A stretch of DNA of 63,191 nt, counting the filler, from Hausera hauseri (taxonomy: Eukaryota): NCBI GenBank assembly GCA_046269625.1. It is 13 parts of 13 records of this genome, joined end to end, with 100 filler letters (N's around TTAATTAATTAA, not from the genome) between each part and the next. Parts side by side here need not be neighbours in the genome. Positions count along the whole stretch, not along the records: positions 9,080 to 15,173 come from JBJURY010141760.1; positions 15,274 to 19,460 come from JBJURY010713103.1; positions 19,561 to 24,005 come from JBJURY010578227.1; 10 more parts are not named here. The stretch is one strand, 5' to 3'. The notes beneath the pieces were generated by a model. The model did no database searches, was not told the origin of the DNA, and saw nothing but the letters and a program-made list of their open reading frames with translations. Below are positions 10,988 through 24,105 of the stretch, piece by piece; position 1 is the first letter of the stretch, and each line of letters opens with the position of its first letter. A program made the translations under genes and the position numbers.

Positions 10988-13900
10988 ATGCTCAATCCAA
11001 TCACATTTGCAGACATACCGGCGGTAAATTTATCCGAGGCTCTGAAGAATGAATATCGTCAAATGATGACTGCTCTGAAAGATTTGGAATGTTTGTTAGC
11101 TTCTAGAAGAAATACCACTGATGTTAAAAATGTCGCATCCAATTCTAATGCTAATAATTCGGAAGTAAGTAGTTGCTTCCATAAAGAATGTTAATGGACT
11201 GTGCATGGTCTTGCATCAGGCTGCTGTGAATCATATGAAATAAACAGTTAAATATACATTTTCCATAAGAGATCATTTTGACATGTAAAATTTTTTTTTG
11301 ATTGAACTTTGAGAATAATTAATGATGATTGTAGTTTTGTACTGCATTGTCTATGTTTAAGCATTCCAAAAATTGCGATTGGCTGAATTTTGCGCTCATA
11401 GAAGCTGCCCCGTCGTTGGCCAAACATACCTCTAAGATCTAATCCTAAGGTAGCAAGATTCTGTTGTATTGCCTTGGTCATACCTTTGCCAGTAAAGTCT
11501 GCGATGGGAACAAATAGCAAAAATTGCTGTGTATGTTCAAAATGTCTTATACCAACGTAACGCATTGCGTCAATAATTGGTCTAATGTTTTTACCGTCAT
11601 TTCATATAATGGCGACTGATAGTGTCACTTATCATGGTCGATAAATCGTTCAGCGGCACTTGTCCAATGTATACTTTTCTTTGCTGCCACCAGTAGTGGA
11701 AAGAATAGTGCAGAATTTGTCTTATGTTCCATCATCCATTTGTGAATACGTCAATCAGGTCAATGAATGTAACCAGCTCGATACATTTTTCTTATATTCA
11801 AAAGCATAAAATCAGACTCCGTGGTGAATTTCATTACGTTTCCAGTCATATTTCCTCTATTAGCACCACCTAGCCGGAGTCGAAATCTTAGTGTTCATAA
11901 GGAGTGGCGGATGCTGTTAGCTCTCATTGAACTCATTTGCCTAAGGATGACTAAATGTTTGAATATTGTTAATGAGGTTCATCTCGTAACTGCTGTTCAG
12001 GTTTGCCAATTTGCCTTATTCACTACTAATCATACTACTGACCGGTTCCATCGTGACCTCTTCCATATTCACATATATTTCCAGGACTAGATTTTTGTCT
12101 TTTCCAAGTCGTCAGCCCTTATAAATGTATTTGTGATATTTTTACTTCTTGTCGTGGTTGAGTCAAATAATGTTTTGAAATTAATGATTGCTACATATAT
12201 TGCCCGCTATAATAATTGTTTAGACAAATTTCCTTGTTGGATTTGTAAGTCTAATATTAATTTAATCAGATTTAAATGATTATTATTATTTTTTTTATAA
12301 AGACGTTATATATTTGACGTTCATAATTAACATTTAGGTTCAACATCTACATCGTGAAATATTCTATCGGGACTCGCTTATAAAATGCCTTTCTGATCGT
12401 CTGAAAGTGTTGTGTAAAGCCAACGACAAGCTGATAATAGATTATGAAAATCAAGAAAACATTTTATCCGAAGAATTAAACTATTTAAAACGCCAGTTGG
12501 AAAAAGCTCAAGAGGCCATGCATTCATTGTTAAAGTTGAAAAGTCAGAGCAATGTAGCGGTTTCGCACGAAATTGAAAAAGAAGTCTATTATCTCAGAGA
12601 ATCGATGAATACCAAAGATTTAATGATATCTGATTTCAAGATAAGACTGGAGAGAATTGGTAGAGAAAATGATGAATTACGACATGAGATTCAGAAACAA
12701 GAGCGCATGTTGAGTCCATTGGATCGGGAACTGTCATACACGAGACATGTTAATGATCAATTGCGAAATCAGATCGCGTCCTTAACCGATTCTCTGGAGT
12801 GCAAAAATTCTCTGATCCATGATTTGACGAGCCGTCTGGATGCTATTGGAGAAGATGATAACCTAATTAAGGGTCTATGCAATCAATTCCAATTCCAGCA
12901 AGATGATCTTTGTGAACAATCGGAAAAATTGAACGAATTTCGAAATCAGATCAGAATTTTATCGGAAAACGTGCAGTTTAAAGATGAAACAATCGCCGAA
13001 TTACGATGTTGCATAAAACGACTGACAGATTGTTCGTCCCTATCGAAATTTGCTAAATATAAAAATAATGGTGAGAGTTCCTCAGAACCGGGCAGCACGC
13101 TGAATCGACTTTTAGATTCGATTAAACAATACGTATCAAATTATAAGCCCGATTTGCTGAAGTATATAAATGCCGAAATGGATGCCTACAGTTCGATCGA
13201 GAAGTTTTTTCTCGAGTTATTGGACATACTTAACGAAGCTTGTAACTCAAGTAATGATATCGAAATATTCAAAGAATATCTGACGAATCAAATTAATTTG
13301 AAAAATAATATCGTCGAATATTTGACGAATAATTTGACTGGGAATATTGAAAGTCTTCGAAAACTGCAGCAGCAAATGAACACGATTCTGTCTATAAACA
13401 TGGATATCGGATTTAAATGTGACTTGAAAAATTATCTTCACTGTTGTTACTTGCTCGATGATAATTTGCGATTAGTGTTGGAATATTTGGTGAAATTTGT
13501 TGGTGATCCTTCGGTTAGACAATCTGGATCGTTGTCTGCATTGAATAGGGCTTCGTTAACGAAACCATTGTTAGAAGTACAATCAAATAGTTATACAAAG
13601 GTAATCTCGAATTTGGAAGAAGAGCTGGAAATGTTGGGGAAAACGTACGAACAAGACAAAACTCGTTTAAATGAGCAGTTAAAAAGTAAATTAGAATGTA
13701 TAGATGATCTGAATAAAACCATTTGTCAAATGCAAAAAGATTACGATAACAAAGCGAACGAAAATCGAAAGCTTCAAAATACCTTATCGGAAATCGACGT
13801 ACTGAAAAACGAAAATAAAAACCTTCTGTTTAAGAATCAGCGGTTGGAAGGGGACAATAAAAATTCCGCCGATGAGATTCGTAAATTGAAAGAAAACAGC

Positions 13901-15173
13901 AAAAATCTTGGTGATCAATTGAGTCAACTGCAATATAAAATGAAACAGGATAAAGTACGTTTTGATGAAGAGTTAGGCTATAAAATTGATGACATTGAAG
14001 ACTTGAACAGAACCATACAACGAATGCAAAAAGAGCTCGATAGTAAAGCGAATGAAATGAAAGAATGTAGAAATACTATTTCAGAACTTGGGGATCGTAA
14101 CAGTGAAATCGATAAATTGAAAGAAGAAAATAAAAATCTATTAGCTAAAATTCAAAAACTAGAAAATGAGAATAGAAAATATTCAGATGACGCTCGGCAG
14201 CTAAATGAAAACAGTAAAGTTCTTGTCCAGGAGTTGAATGAATTGAAAGACAAAATCAAACAGGCTGAAGAAAAGTATAATGTTGATCTTAAAGATAAAT
14301 TAAGGAATATAAACGATTTGCATGAACAAATACGTCAAACACAAAAGGAACTTGATGATAAAGTAGACCAAAGTAATGATTTCCAAATCACTCGATCGGA
14401 GCTGGGTGACTGTCAAATTGAGATCAGTAATCTTAGAGAGGAAAATAAAAGTCTTCTGGTTAAGAATCAGATGTTAGAAAAAGACATTAAAATTCTTACA
14501 GACGAGGTTCATCGGTTGCAGAAAAGCAGCAAAGCTATTGCACAGGAACTGGATGAATTACAGGACAAAATGAAAGAGGATGAAGCATATCATAGTGATG
14601 AATTAGAAAGTAAATTACGGGTTATAGACGAGCTAAATAAAAAAATACGTGAAGTACAAACGGGATTTGATGAAAAAGTCAACGAAAACATGAACTTTCA
14701 AAATACACTATCGGAACTGGCAGATTGTCAAAAAGAAATCTCCAGATTGGTGAATGAAAATCTGAAATTATCAGAGAAAATTCAAAAATTGGAAATTGAC
14801 AATGAGAACTATCATAATACGCTATTGGAGCTTACTGATCGTCAAAATGAAATCGAACACCTGTTGGTCGAGAATAGAAATTTACTAGATAAAATTCAAA
14901 AATTGGAAAGTGATAATATGAACTTTCAGAATACACTTTCTGATCTTCAAAATGAAATCGATAATCTGTTGGTTGAGAAAAGAAATTTACTAGGTCAAAT
15001 TCAAAAATTTGAAATCGATAATAGAAACTATCACAATACGCTATTGGAGCTTACCGATCGGCAAAATGAAATCGAAAATCTGTTGGACGAAAATCAAATT
15101 TTATCAGATAAAATTCAAAAATTAGAAATCGATAATAAGAACGCTCAAACAAAAGTTTCTGATCGTCAAAATG
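10988..15173 (+). CDS. Host long coiled-coil protein, partial (exon 10988-11164, intron 11165-12337, exon 12338 to contig end)
   Basis: Clean frame of more than 2.8 kb with heptad-rich E/K/N/L sequence. GAA|gtaagt donor and ttag|GTT acceptor join in phase 0. No TE motifs; runs off the contig. Confidence 0.75.
11250..11990 (-). mobile_element. Decayed hAT (ZMYM1/Tip100-like) transposase relic inside the host intron
   Basis: RYV..FLLFVPI.DFTGKG..KAI...L..LGLDL...GQ, and an upstream WL..LTYSQMDDG..KFC TTF-zinc-finger-like remnant. Confidence 0.6.
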
Positions 15174-15370
15174 NNNNNNNNNNNNNNNNNNNNNNNNNNN
15201 NNNNNNNNNNNNNNNNNTTAATTAATTAANNNNNNNNNNNNNNNNNNNNNNNNNNNNNNNNNNNNNNNNNNNNCGACGAGAAGGTCTGATAACCGAATAT
15301 AACATTTGATGTTATTATTTTACGATAACGAAATTGTGACAACAAATTCAGTCAACAACTCAAATCTGAC

Positions 15371-15633
15371 CTTTAATCCCTTGGCCAACGACAAGGCTCC
15401 ATTTTGTCGTAAATGATTCCAGCTCAAATTCAAATCTTCAATACTGTCATTTTCCTCTGAAGATGAATATGAAAATTATCAATTACCACTCCATCATTTA
15501 CCCAACATCATTTTTATGGCTCCTCCACATTCCGTACTGAATTTGTTATCCGCAACATCGAGTTTGATGATTGTTCGGTTTTTAGAAAGGGCCTGGAATA
15601 AAGCTGTTCCATCATTGTCATCCAAACTGTTGC
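15371..15633 (-). CDS. Host leucine-rich-repeat (RNI-like, LRRC74-like) gene, two exons (15502-15633 and 15371-15456)
   Basis: Spliced reading NSLDDNDGTALFQALSKNRTIIKLDVADNKFSTECGGAIKMMLEENDSIEDLNLSWNHLRQNGALSLAKGLK. The 45-bp GT-AG intron (15457-15501) keeps the frame, and both exons have GT/AG borders. Confidence 0.7.
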
Positions 15634-16199
15634 CTGTTCAAATGTTCAAATGATGGATATTATTACATGTCATATTGGTCATATCGTGATGGGGCAAATT
15701 GGACATCCCATACAGCGGTATGAGATCCCATAAATTATTATGATGTTTATTAGGTTTGGGAAGGGGGGGGGTGAAATGTATGTGTTACATGCGATTAAAT
15801 ATATGTCATGTCAAATGGAATAAGAAATAATTGGCATTTTTATTACAAATACGTCAATAGAAATATCGATCAATAAAACATGGCGGAATGAGGTAAGTAA
15901 TGCACATGATAGATGTATTAATGGTACTAGTTGAATATTGATGGAATGGATTCGTTACGTTAGCAACGGATAATCAATACAACAAATCACCTCTAAGAAT
16001 CAATATTTTCAACGTTCTTGTTGACGCAATCCAAGATGCCAAAATACGACAACCGAATTTTCCAATTCCAGTACATGACAGATTCTATACATGATAGATT
16101 CGCTATTTAAATTTTTATACAATGTTACAAGTTCGTTTATATGACTCGATTTCAACATCGATGTTAATACTGATAACGAATGTTTTGACAACATATTTC

Positions 16200-19100
16200 C
16201 CTGCATATTGATTACTGGACATAATCCAATATTCTATATGCCCCACATGTGAGGTATTGTGCAGGACAGGGTACGAGGAATTTTACAATGTACATAAACA
16301 TCACTTGATTTCCTTCGTCAAGTCGAAAAATGAAATATTCTATAACAATATGCCAACAATGTCTATAGTGCCAAAAAAACCAAAGGTGCAGTTCATATAT
16401 GTATTGCATATGTACAATTCATAGCCCCGAGAATTGTCACAATACCATGAGGAGCTATTATGGCAACAAATACAATAGGATCCTCTATTATATTTGCCCA
16501 GGATGTAAGACTGTATGTGATGGCGAATACATACCGTTCTATGAAGATCATAATCAACATCTGACTGACTTTGCATCAAAGTTCAAGAAGATCATATTTA
16601 ATGAACATAGACCAGTTGCACAGTTCGCAGTACAGTCCGCAGTACAGCCCGCAGGAATGAAACGCCCATCAGGTCCATCAGATGCCTCAGGCTCAATAGG
16701 CGTAGAGGCTCGGCCAAAAAGCCAAAGACAGCGACCAGTAGATGCTGCTGCATTAAAGGAAAAAGTCTGCAAATATGTCATTGATGCAGCTGGGCAAAGA
16801 ACCATCAAGGAGTTCTTGGAATATGCAAAGGAAGAAATAGAGGGACCCTCCAGGACAATATGACTGAGCTCAAGGCCATTAAGGTTAATATGAAATTTGA
16901 GGCCACATACGCCAATGTCGATGCTGATGAATCAAATATGCCCTTTAAGACCAAAGATAGGCCCATATTGGAAAGCACAAATATATCTGAATGGCTGCAG
17001 GAAGAGCATACGAAGCTGATCCGTGAAGCCGATGACAGCCAGCATAAGAAGAGCGGATGGGCTCTGGAAACCATCAAGAGACTGCTTATATATGTACATA
17101 GATACTCCCCCATGCAAGGCAGTTCATATATGCAGCTGCCGGAATGGATTCGGATAAAAATGCTTGAATCAATGTCCATAATAATAAAAACATGTGATTC
17201 ATGTATGCCATTTTATGTAAACTCGTACGGGATCAAAAACATGCAGCAGATCGAATTTGGCTATACATTGATCTCCAACACAACTACGACTTTCAGTGTA
17301 TCACATTCCCTTCATCCGTTGACGAAATCAAGGAGTTGAGCCGCATCAACAACATATCCATCAATATCTTTGGATTGGATGAGAAGGACATATACTACCC
17401 TTTGCAAATATGTGATGCTGAATTGGAAGATCATAGGGATCTGCTGCTACTAGACGACGATGATAAGAAACATTATGTTTGGATAAAGAATTTTAGGCGT
17501 CTTGTCAAATCCCAAATAACAAATCATGAACACGGAATCGAAATATGCAAAAGATGCTTATCGCATTTTAGCGGTAAGTTAGCTGTAGAGAAGCTGAATG
17601 AGCACAAGATGTACTGTAACAACAATTATTGTGTAAGGTCAGAATTTCCCAAAGAGGACTATATCGAATATAAGGAATTCGAGAAGAAGATCAAGGTCCC
17701 AATTGTCATCTATTGCGACTTTGAGGCCATTCTCAGACCAGTACATACATGCAGTCCCAATCCTCAACATAGCAGTACAACGGAATACCAATATCACGAA
17801 CTATCATCGTACTGCATGTGTGCCAACGGATTGGACAATAAACCATATCTATTCAGGGGTCCATGCGCAGCAGCACATTTTATGAAGATACTTGAATACA
17901 TGGCTCATAAGCTTGAAAAATGCTACAACATAAGTACGACATGAGCATATCTTAGATGCAAGGACAAGAATGGCGCAAGACAGCATCATGCTACTTTTGC
18001 AACAAATTCTTCACCAAGGAAAATGGTAAAGTAAAGGATCACTGCCATTTTACAGGTATATATTGGGGTGCAACATGTAACAACTGCAATCTTCGCTGCA
18101 AAACATGCAAATATGTACCTGTAGTATTCCATAATCAAAGCGGTTATGACAGCCACTTCATAGTCCAAGAATTAGGCAACATTGATGGCAATATAGAAGT
18201 GATCCACAACAATGAGGAGAAATATATCACTTTCACTAAGCATGTTGGTAAAATCTGACTTCGCTTCACTGATAGTTTCTGATTCATATCATCTTCACTG
18301 TACAGTTTAGTGAAGAACCTGCCTGCCGAAGAACTCAATGAAACAAAGCGATTCTTTCCAGATGCCTTTAACCTAGTTAAAAGGAAAGGAGTGTTTCCCT
18401 ATAACTATATAACATCATGGCAAACACTGGATGAGTCCACATTACCGCCCAACGATGATTTTTACGGACAGTTGTAGGATTGTGATATCAGTGATGAGGA
18501 CTACCAACATGTTCAGAACGTCTGGCAGGCATTTCAATGCAAAACATTGCGGGAATATAGTGATATATATCTCCAAACCGTTGTGCTGCTGCTGACAGAT
18601 GTATTTGAAAGTTTTAGCGATGTCACAATGAAAAGCCATACTTTGGATCCGGTTTATTTCTTCACGGCTCCAGGGATGAGTTTGGCATCAAGGCTGCTCT
18701 ATACTGGTATCAGGCTGCAAATTATTAAGGACTACGATATGATCCTTATGATCGAAAGAGGCATTAGAGTGGGAATATGCAAGCCATTCACCGGTATAGT
18801 GAGGCCAACAACAAGTATATGGCTGAACACGACTTAACAAAGGAATTATCATATATTTCTTACCTGGATGCCAAAAACTTGTATGTATGTGCAATGAGCG
18901 CCCCATTGCTATATGATAATTTCAAGTATGTTGAGCATCCCGAAAACATCCCTATCATGGACCTGGACCATGCTGGAGATACTGGCTACATACTGGAGGT
19001 GAATATGAAATATCCGACTTCCATCCACACAAGGCACCAATAGCTGCCTTTCCTCCCTGAAATCAGACTATCGCCCAATGGAAAGCGGCGAAAGCTGCTC

Positions 19101-19460
19101 TGCCATTTGGGTAATAGGGACAAACACGTAGTCCACTACATCAATCTCAAGCAGGCAGTTAAACATGGACTCCACATTACAAAGATCCACAAAGCCGTCC
19201 AGTTTAGCCAGTCCATGTGGTTGCAGATCTAAATACCAAGTTGCGGACAAATGACAAAAACGATTTTGAAAAAAACCAGTTTAAGCTCTATAAGAACAGC
19301 GTTTTTGGCAAGACGATGGAAAATATCCGCAACTGGATCAACATCGAGCCAGTATGTGACTGGAAGCGGGCAAAGAAGCTTATAACTAAGCCTACCTTTC
19401 ACAGCAGCACCATATATGCGGAGAATTTGGTAGGAACCCATATGCTAAAAACATCACTAG
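16200..19460 (+). pseudogene. Polinton protein-primed DNA polymerase B (decayed), same family as 4632-8373
   Basis: SGWALE..GSSYMQLP, HYVWIKNF, VIYCDFEA, KDHCHFTG..CNNCNL, FHNQSGYDSHF, KGVFPY, YLDAKNLY, KLYKNSVFGKT; colinear with the minus-strand copy. Confidence 0.92.
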
Positions 19461-19560
19461 NNNNNNNNNNNNNNNNNNNNNNNNNNNNNNNNNNNNNNNN
19501 NNNNTTAATTAATTAANNNNNNNNNNNNNNNNNNNNNNNNNNNNNNNNNNNNNNNNNNNN

Positions 19561-20060
19561 GTGCCATTTTGATATCATTGATTTAAAATTTATAGCGGAA
19601 AGGCCTATGTGCTTTCGGTCCCACTTGCGAATTATTCGAAAACCAATCAATCGATTTAAATTCTAACTGCACAATCACATACAACATCAAGTGCACTACC
19701 GATTGCACCCGGTCTCGAGAGCTAACGACCGACTTTTGATTTTCGGGGAATTCAATATTGTTGATTTTTGCACACATGCACATGTGCTGCACACTTGCAC
19801 TTGCACCCATCGATGTGCACTCATGTGCACTATCGATTAACACAAAGTGCAAATCGATTCGATCAATACTGCACTGTGCAGCGATCGATATGTGAAAAGT
19901 GCAAAAGTGCCCTTAGCAACAGTGCCTATCGGCACCGTTACCAGGCACTCTATGGATCGATAGTGCACAGTGTGCACTATCGATCGGCACATGTGCAAAA
20001 TCAATTTATCGATTACCCCTCCCCCCGGGAGTGGGACCGAAAGCACATTTTCCTCCTACT
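19561..20060. mobile_element. Polinton terminal inverted repeat end (end at 20060)
   Basis: Ends CATTTTCCTCCTACT; dense GTGCAC/ATCGAT palindromes; homologous to 4410-4631. Confidence 0.7.
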
Positions 20061-20706
20061 GGAACAAGTTAGGTAATGCTCTTAAGATGACTCCGTCCCC
20101 AGTGAGCTTTGATCCCGATAGTTTTTTCATAAAATCAATAAATTGATCATTTTCAATGCAAATAAAAAACAACTAAGGAATTTTCCAGAAGAAGCCAAGG
20201 CGAATATTCAACTTAAAATTAAACGTACAAGCAGAACACGACTGGAGTAACCTCATGGAATTATATGAAGTTCGCGTCTGTGCTATATATTTTGCTGATG
20301 ATGCATAAATGCACTAATTGTCATGTTTATAATTACTTTACTAAATTATTGATTAAAAATATACCTTGAGTTAAACTTTGTTGATTTTTACGTTACATAT
20401 TATATTTATAATAATCATTTATAAGTAGTTTCATATGCAAAAAGCAAACCTTTAACACGTAAATGAATTAAGCAGACTAAGAAGTTCTGCAACCTCGTTG
20501 GCTATCATTGATTTATTAAACCAGCATGTTGCGTTATCAAGAATTAATAACATGAAACACAGTATATAGTTATACAATTAAAAAAACTGCAACGTAAATT
20601 ACTAAAATATCAAATATACTGTCAATTTGTTGACATTTCAAGCACACGGAAACAAAATGTAGATTATTATTAAAAAGTAAGCAAGAAACGTAGTGTTGAC
20701 ATAAGG

Positions 20707-21156
20707 CTAAACGTTTCTCAAACAATTAGATCCATGTATATTAGCTGGTATTGTCATCAGCTTAATTGCGAAATAGTTGACAAAACGTTGTGATGGAAAG
20801 TATGATTTAAGAGTTTTTTGTTTCTGTCCATCAACTTTGCCTTTCACATAAAACAATGTTTGTCTTGTATCAACAAAGAAACTTGAAACATCAATTACGC
20901 ACTTTGGACAAAACAATCGAAATATTTCTTCCCAGGCTAACTTGACTCGATTATTTATCCTATGGTGATTTATGCATTTCGTAGTTTCTGATAACCATTT
21001 CCAAGATACTACAGGTCTGAAAACATAATGCAATGGGTAGAACATATTGCCTACATTCATTATACACAGTTCCTTTAAAATATATAATTCATTGTCATAA
21101 AATGCTTCAAAATCGACAAAACACTGTTTTTGACTACTACAAAAAGAAAAAGCCAT
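20707..21156 (-). pseudogene. Polinton accessory ORF with a DEDD/RNase H-fold-like N-terminus
   Basis: CFVDFEAF....YILKELCI...HYVFRP...LFYVKG..QK..L. Lies directly downstream of the protease in a Polinton gene block. Confidence 0.55.
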
Positions 21157-21211
21157 ATCTAATAATTTATTGAGATACTTGTCTGTACTTGTTTTTCAAC
21201 CATGAAATACA

Positions 21212-21559
21212 TCAATGTTCATAGTAAAACGTTAATGGGTTCTTATACATTATACTGTTATACACAATTTGTTGACGCATTCGTTCTAGTTTTGTGACCA
21301 ATACTGATGGATAGCACATACCGAGCGGTTCAAAGACCCGAATAACATTGACCTGGACATTAATGACAATCCAATGCTCACCCTGTAAATTCGAAGTGAG
21401 TATTGACAACGTCAGTTGCTGGTTGCATGTAATCCGATAAGCGTTCCAACCCATAGACACCTGAATCATTTCGGTCCACGTAAATGAGTTTGTTGTAGTT
21501 CAATCTGAAAAGTACTAAATAAAATGCAATGTAAAAGTTATTTCTCAAACTTACTTCAT
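21212..21559 (-). pseudogene. Polinton adenain-like cysteine protease (decayed)
   Basis: SGVYG...VVNTH, a frameshift, then SNLQGEHWIVI..VFEPLG. A 50-bp intron (21505-21554) places an ATG in frame with the GVY motif. Confidence 0.8.
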
Positions 21560-21587
21560 TGTTGCACGCACAACCCCATTATATTTT

Positions 21588-22756
21588 TTATACAATAATT
21601 TGGCCAATCTTAGTAATTTCCACCGTTGAATCAAATATTCCATACAAGTACATGGTAATAGATACAGCCAGCTCTTTCTGCAAACGGACGTTCAATTTTA
21701 GATTACCGGTTTTTGGTAACTGAGTCTGCTCAATATCGAAATCTGCAGACAAGAAAAATGGAAATAATAATTTCAGATAATTGATTGAGCATTTGTTTCA
21801 ATGTCGTTGACTTTTCAAAATCCATTCTGTGTGATTCTTGGTTATCATCGTTTCGAGATAGTAATTATCTGAATATTTGCATGAGTAAATTTTGAGCTGT
21901 CTTCAATAGTCACACTAATTAATCGAGACTTGAAATGTTACAAGCACAGATTACGGTAAACGCTCATCTGCAAACAAATTGTTTTTGTACTCACCCCCTG
22001 ATCCTTTTGGTAGACAGATATATACCATTTTGCTACGCTGAATCGGATACACGGTATTCGGTTTTTCCAAACCAATACGGTAGGCAATTAAATCAAAAGG
22101 TTTAACTCTAACTCGCCAAACAAGGAGTTTTGCTTCTTCGATGTAAATTTCTGGTGATTGTGCTCCTTTCGAATCTGTTTATACTTTGACATACTTAAAA
22201 ACCACATTTCCCGAACTTCGGATGAACCTAATTTAATTGATGTGCATGGAAACAAATATTTGGGCTGGTTAGAAAAATCCAAAATTAATGGACCACATAA
22301 AGTAAGTTTATTAGATTTATCTATCCGCGCTTTACGACCTTCATCTTTTCCATAGCCATGCATTGAAGAAATGTATTGAAGTATCCGTTCCAAAATTTAA
22401 AACGTTTTCAAGAATCGCTTTTGCATAAAGGAATAATTTGTATCTTCCACTTTTATATTGTTAAACATGGGTATTACTTCTTTAAACAATTAATACAGAA
22501 ATATTGCATAGGGTAATATCGTATGTTGCCACCGAATTTTTACCGTCTGAACCAACAACTTTGAGCGTAAAAACAAGAGTTTCATTCAAATAACTGTAAT
22601 CATTATCAGAGCCGATTATTTTAAATTCAATTTGATGACTTCAATATCCCGCAATTGCATTTTTCGGATAAATGGTTCCAAATTTAGATAACGCAACAAT
22701 TACTTGAGGTGCAGCCTGATAAAAAATGTCAAGTTCACTTTGCCAGCGTAAATCAT
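21588..22756 (-). pseudogene. Polinton major capsid protein (double jelly-roll), decayed
   Basis: N-terminal SELDIF..P...IYP...IEFKIIGSD.DY..LNET, middle GPLILDFSNQPKYL and YPIQR, C-terminal KTGNLKLNVRL..YGIFDSTVEI. Confidence 0.8.
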
Positions 22757-22989
22757 AATAGTTTATCAAATATTGTTTTTATGCGTTTGCATAGTTTTTT
22801 TGGTATTATTGTGCTTTTGCTTTCTCATACCGTCACCTTAATTAAACTGATTTGCCGTTTACCGAAGTGCATTTGATGTATGCTCTCGGATTTCAGGCAA
22901 ACCATCAAGAGCACTATCTTTAATGGCATTGCTTTACTGTCCCAAAATAAAATCTGGACCGGCTCTCACAGCTGCTGACCCTGCCGCTA

Positions 22990-23660
22990 GATTATTAACT
23001 TCAATTCTGTTTACTGAAGTCGATGACACAGGCAAGTACATGGGATAATGAAATTGTGTGAAAACAACATCACCGTACTTGTATTTCGTTTCTAACAATA
23101 TTTTTCGTAGGAGTGCAGGACGTGCCTCACCAACAAATATCGGTTCCATCACGCTGCACTAAATAAATATTTGACTGTATACGTGGTTTTGTATGCCCGT
23201 TTTGTATACGTGGTCTGTATATTCCTTTGATATTATGTAAACATGTTATTAAATTCAGATTCCTGTAATCCCAGAATTGATTCAATTCCGAACCAAATAA
23301 TATTTAAACCGCATTGCCTTGCAACGTGATTTCGATTAGCCCGCTTCATCGTTGGGTTTAATATTGGTGAAAGTATCTCGAAAATCCATGAGACTTAAAG
23401 ATAATTAATTAAGAAATCGTACCAAAACATCAAAAGCCATGGATGTTTGAATTCTTCCAGTTCTGTTTGGCTTTACACTTTTCACTTTACATATAATTTT
23501 GTACCATTTTTAAGTGTTGTTTGTGGACTATATTTGAATGAAATTGCATTCAGTGCAACTTTCCAATTACGATGCAGTATTATTGGATTTGAGTATTCAG
23601 CGATCAATTTTCTTGAAGAATTACTAGGGTAAATACTGTTACAAGCGTTACTTGCAACTG
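22990..23660 (-). pseudogene. Polinton minor capsid (penton) protein, decayed
   Basis: N-terminal NAC.SIYPSNS...NPII..NWKVALN; C-terminal EPIFVGE..ALLRKI...F.YPMYLPV...NRIEVN. Confidence 0.72.
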
Positions 23661-24005
23661 TTTTTATTTATCAACTGAGACGAATAAATCCAAGTGAGTA
23701 TATTATAGCCAACCCATTTAACTAATAACTGTTTGTCTTTTCCTTTTCCTTTTGTTTTCAATACAGATTGTATTCGAAATATGTCCGGTGATTCTGATAA
23801 TACCTGGAGTTCTTGCCCATAAAATTTACCTTTGATTTCTTCTGCACTTGAGTCTTTTATTCGGTACATGACAGGCATTTGTTTTGTGTCGATTTCGGAA
23901 ATTTGAAATACTTCATCACTCCAATTTGTGTTAAAGTTTTTGATAAATGGTGAAGTACTAATTCGTGATATTCGTACTAAATCGCCAACTCTGTATTTGG
24001 GCTTT
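23648..24005 (-). pseudogene. Polinton retrovirus-like integrase, C-terminal SH3/chromo-like part
   Basis: PKYRVGDLVRISR...NWSDEVFQI...YRIKD...IKGKFYGQELQ...LVKWVGY...TWI. Confidence 0.85.
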
Positions 24006-24105
24006 NNNNNNNNNNNNNNNNNNNNNNNNNNNNNNNNNNNNNNNNNNNNTTAATTAATTAANNNNNNNNNNNNNNNNNNNNNNNNNNNNNNNNNNNNNNN
24101 NNNNN

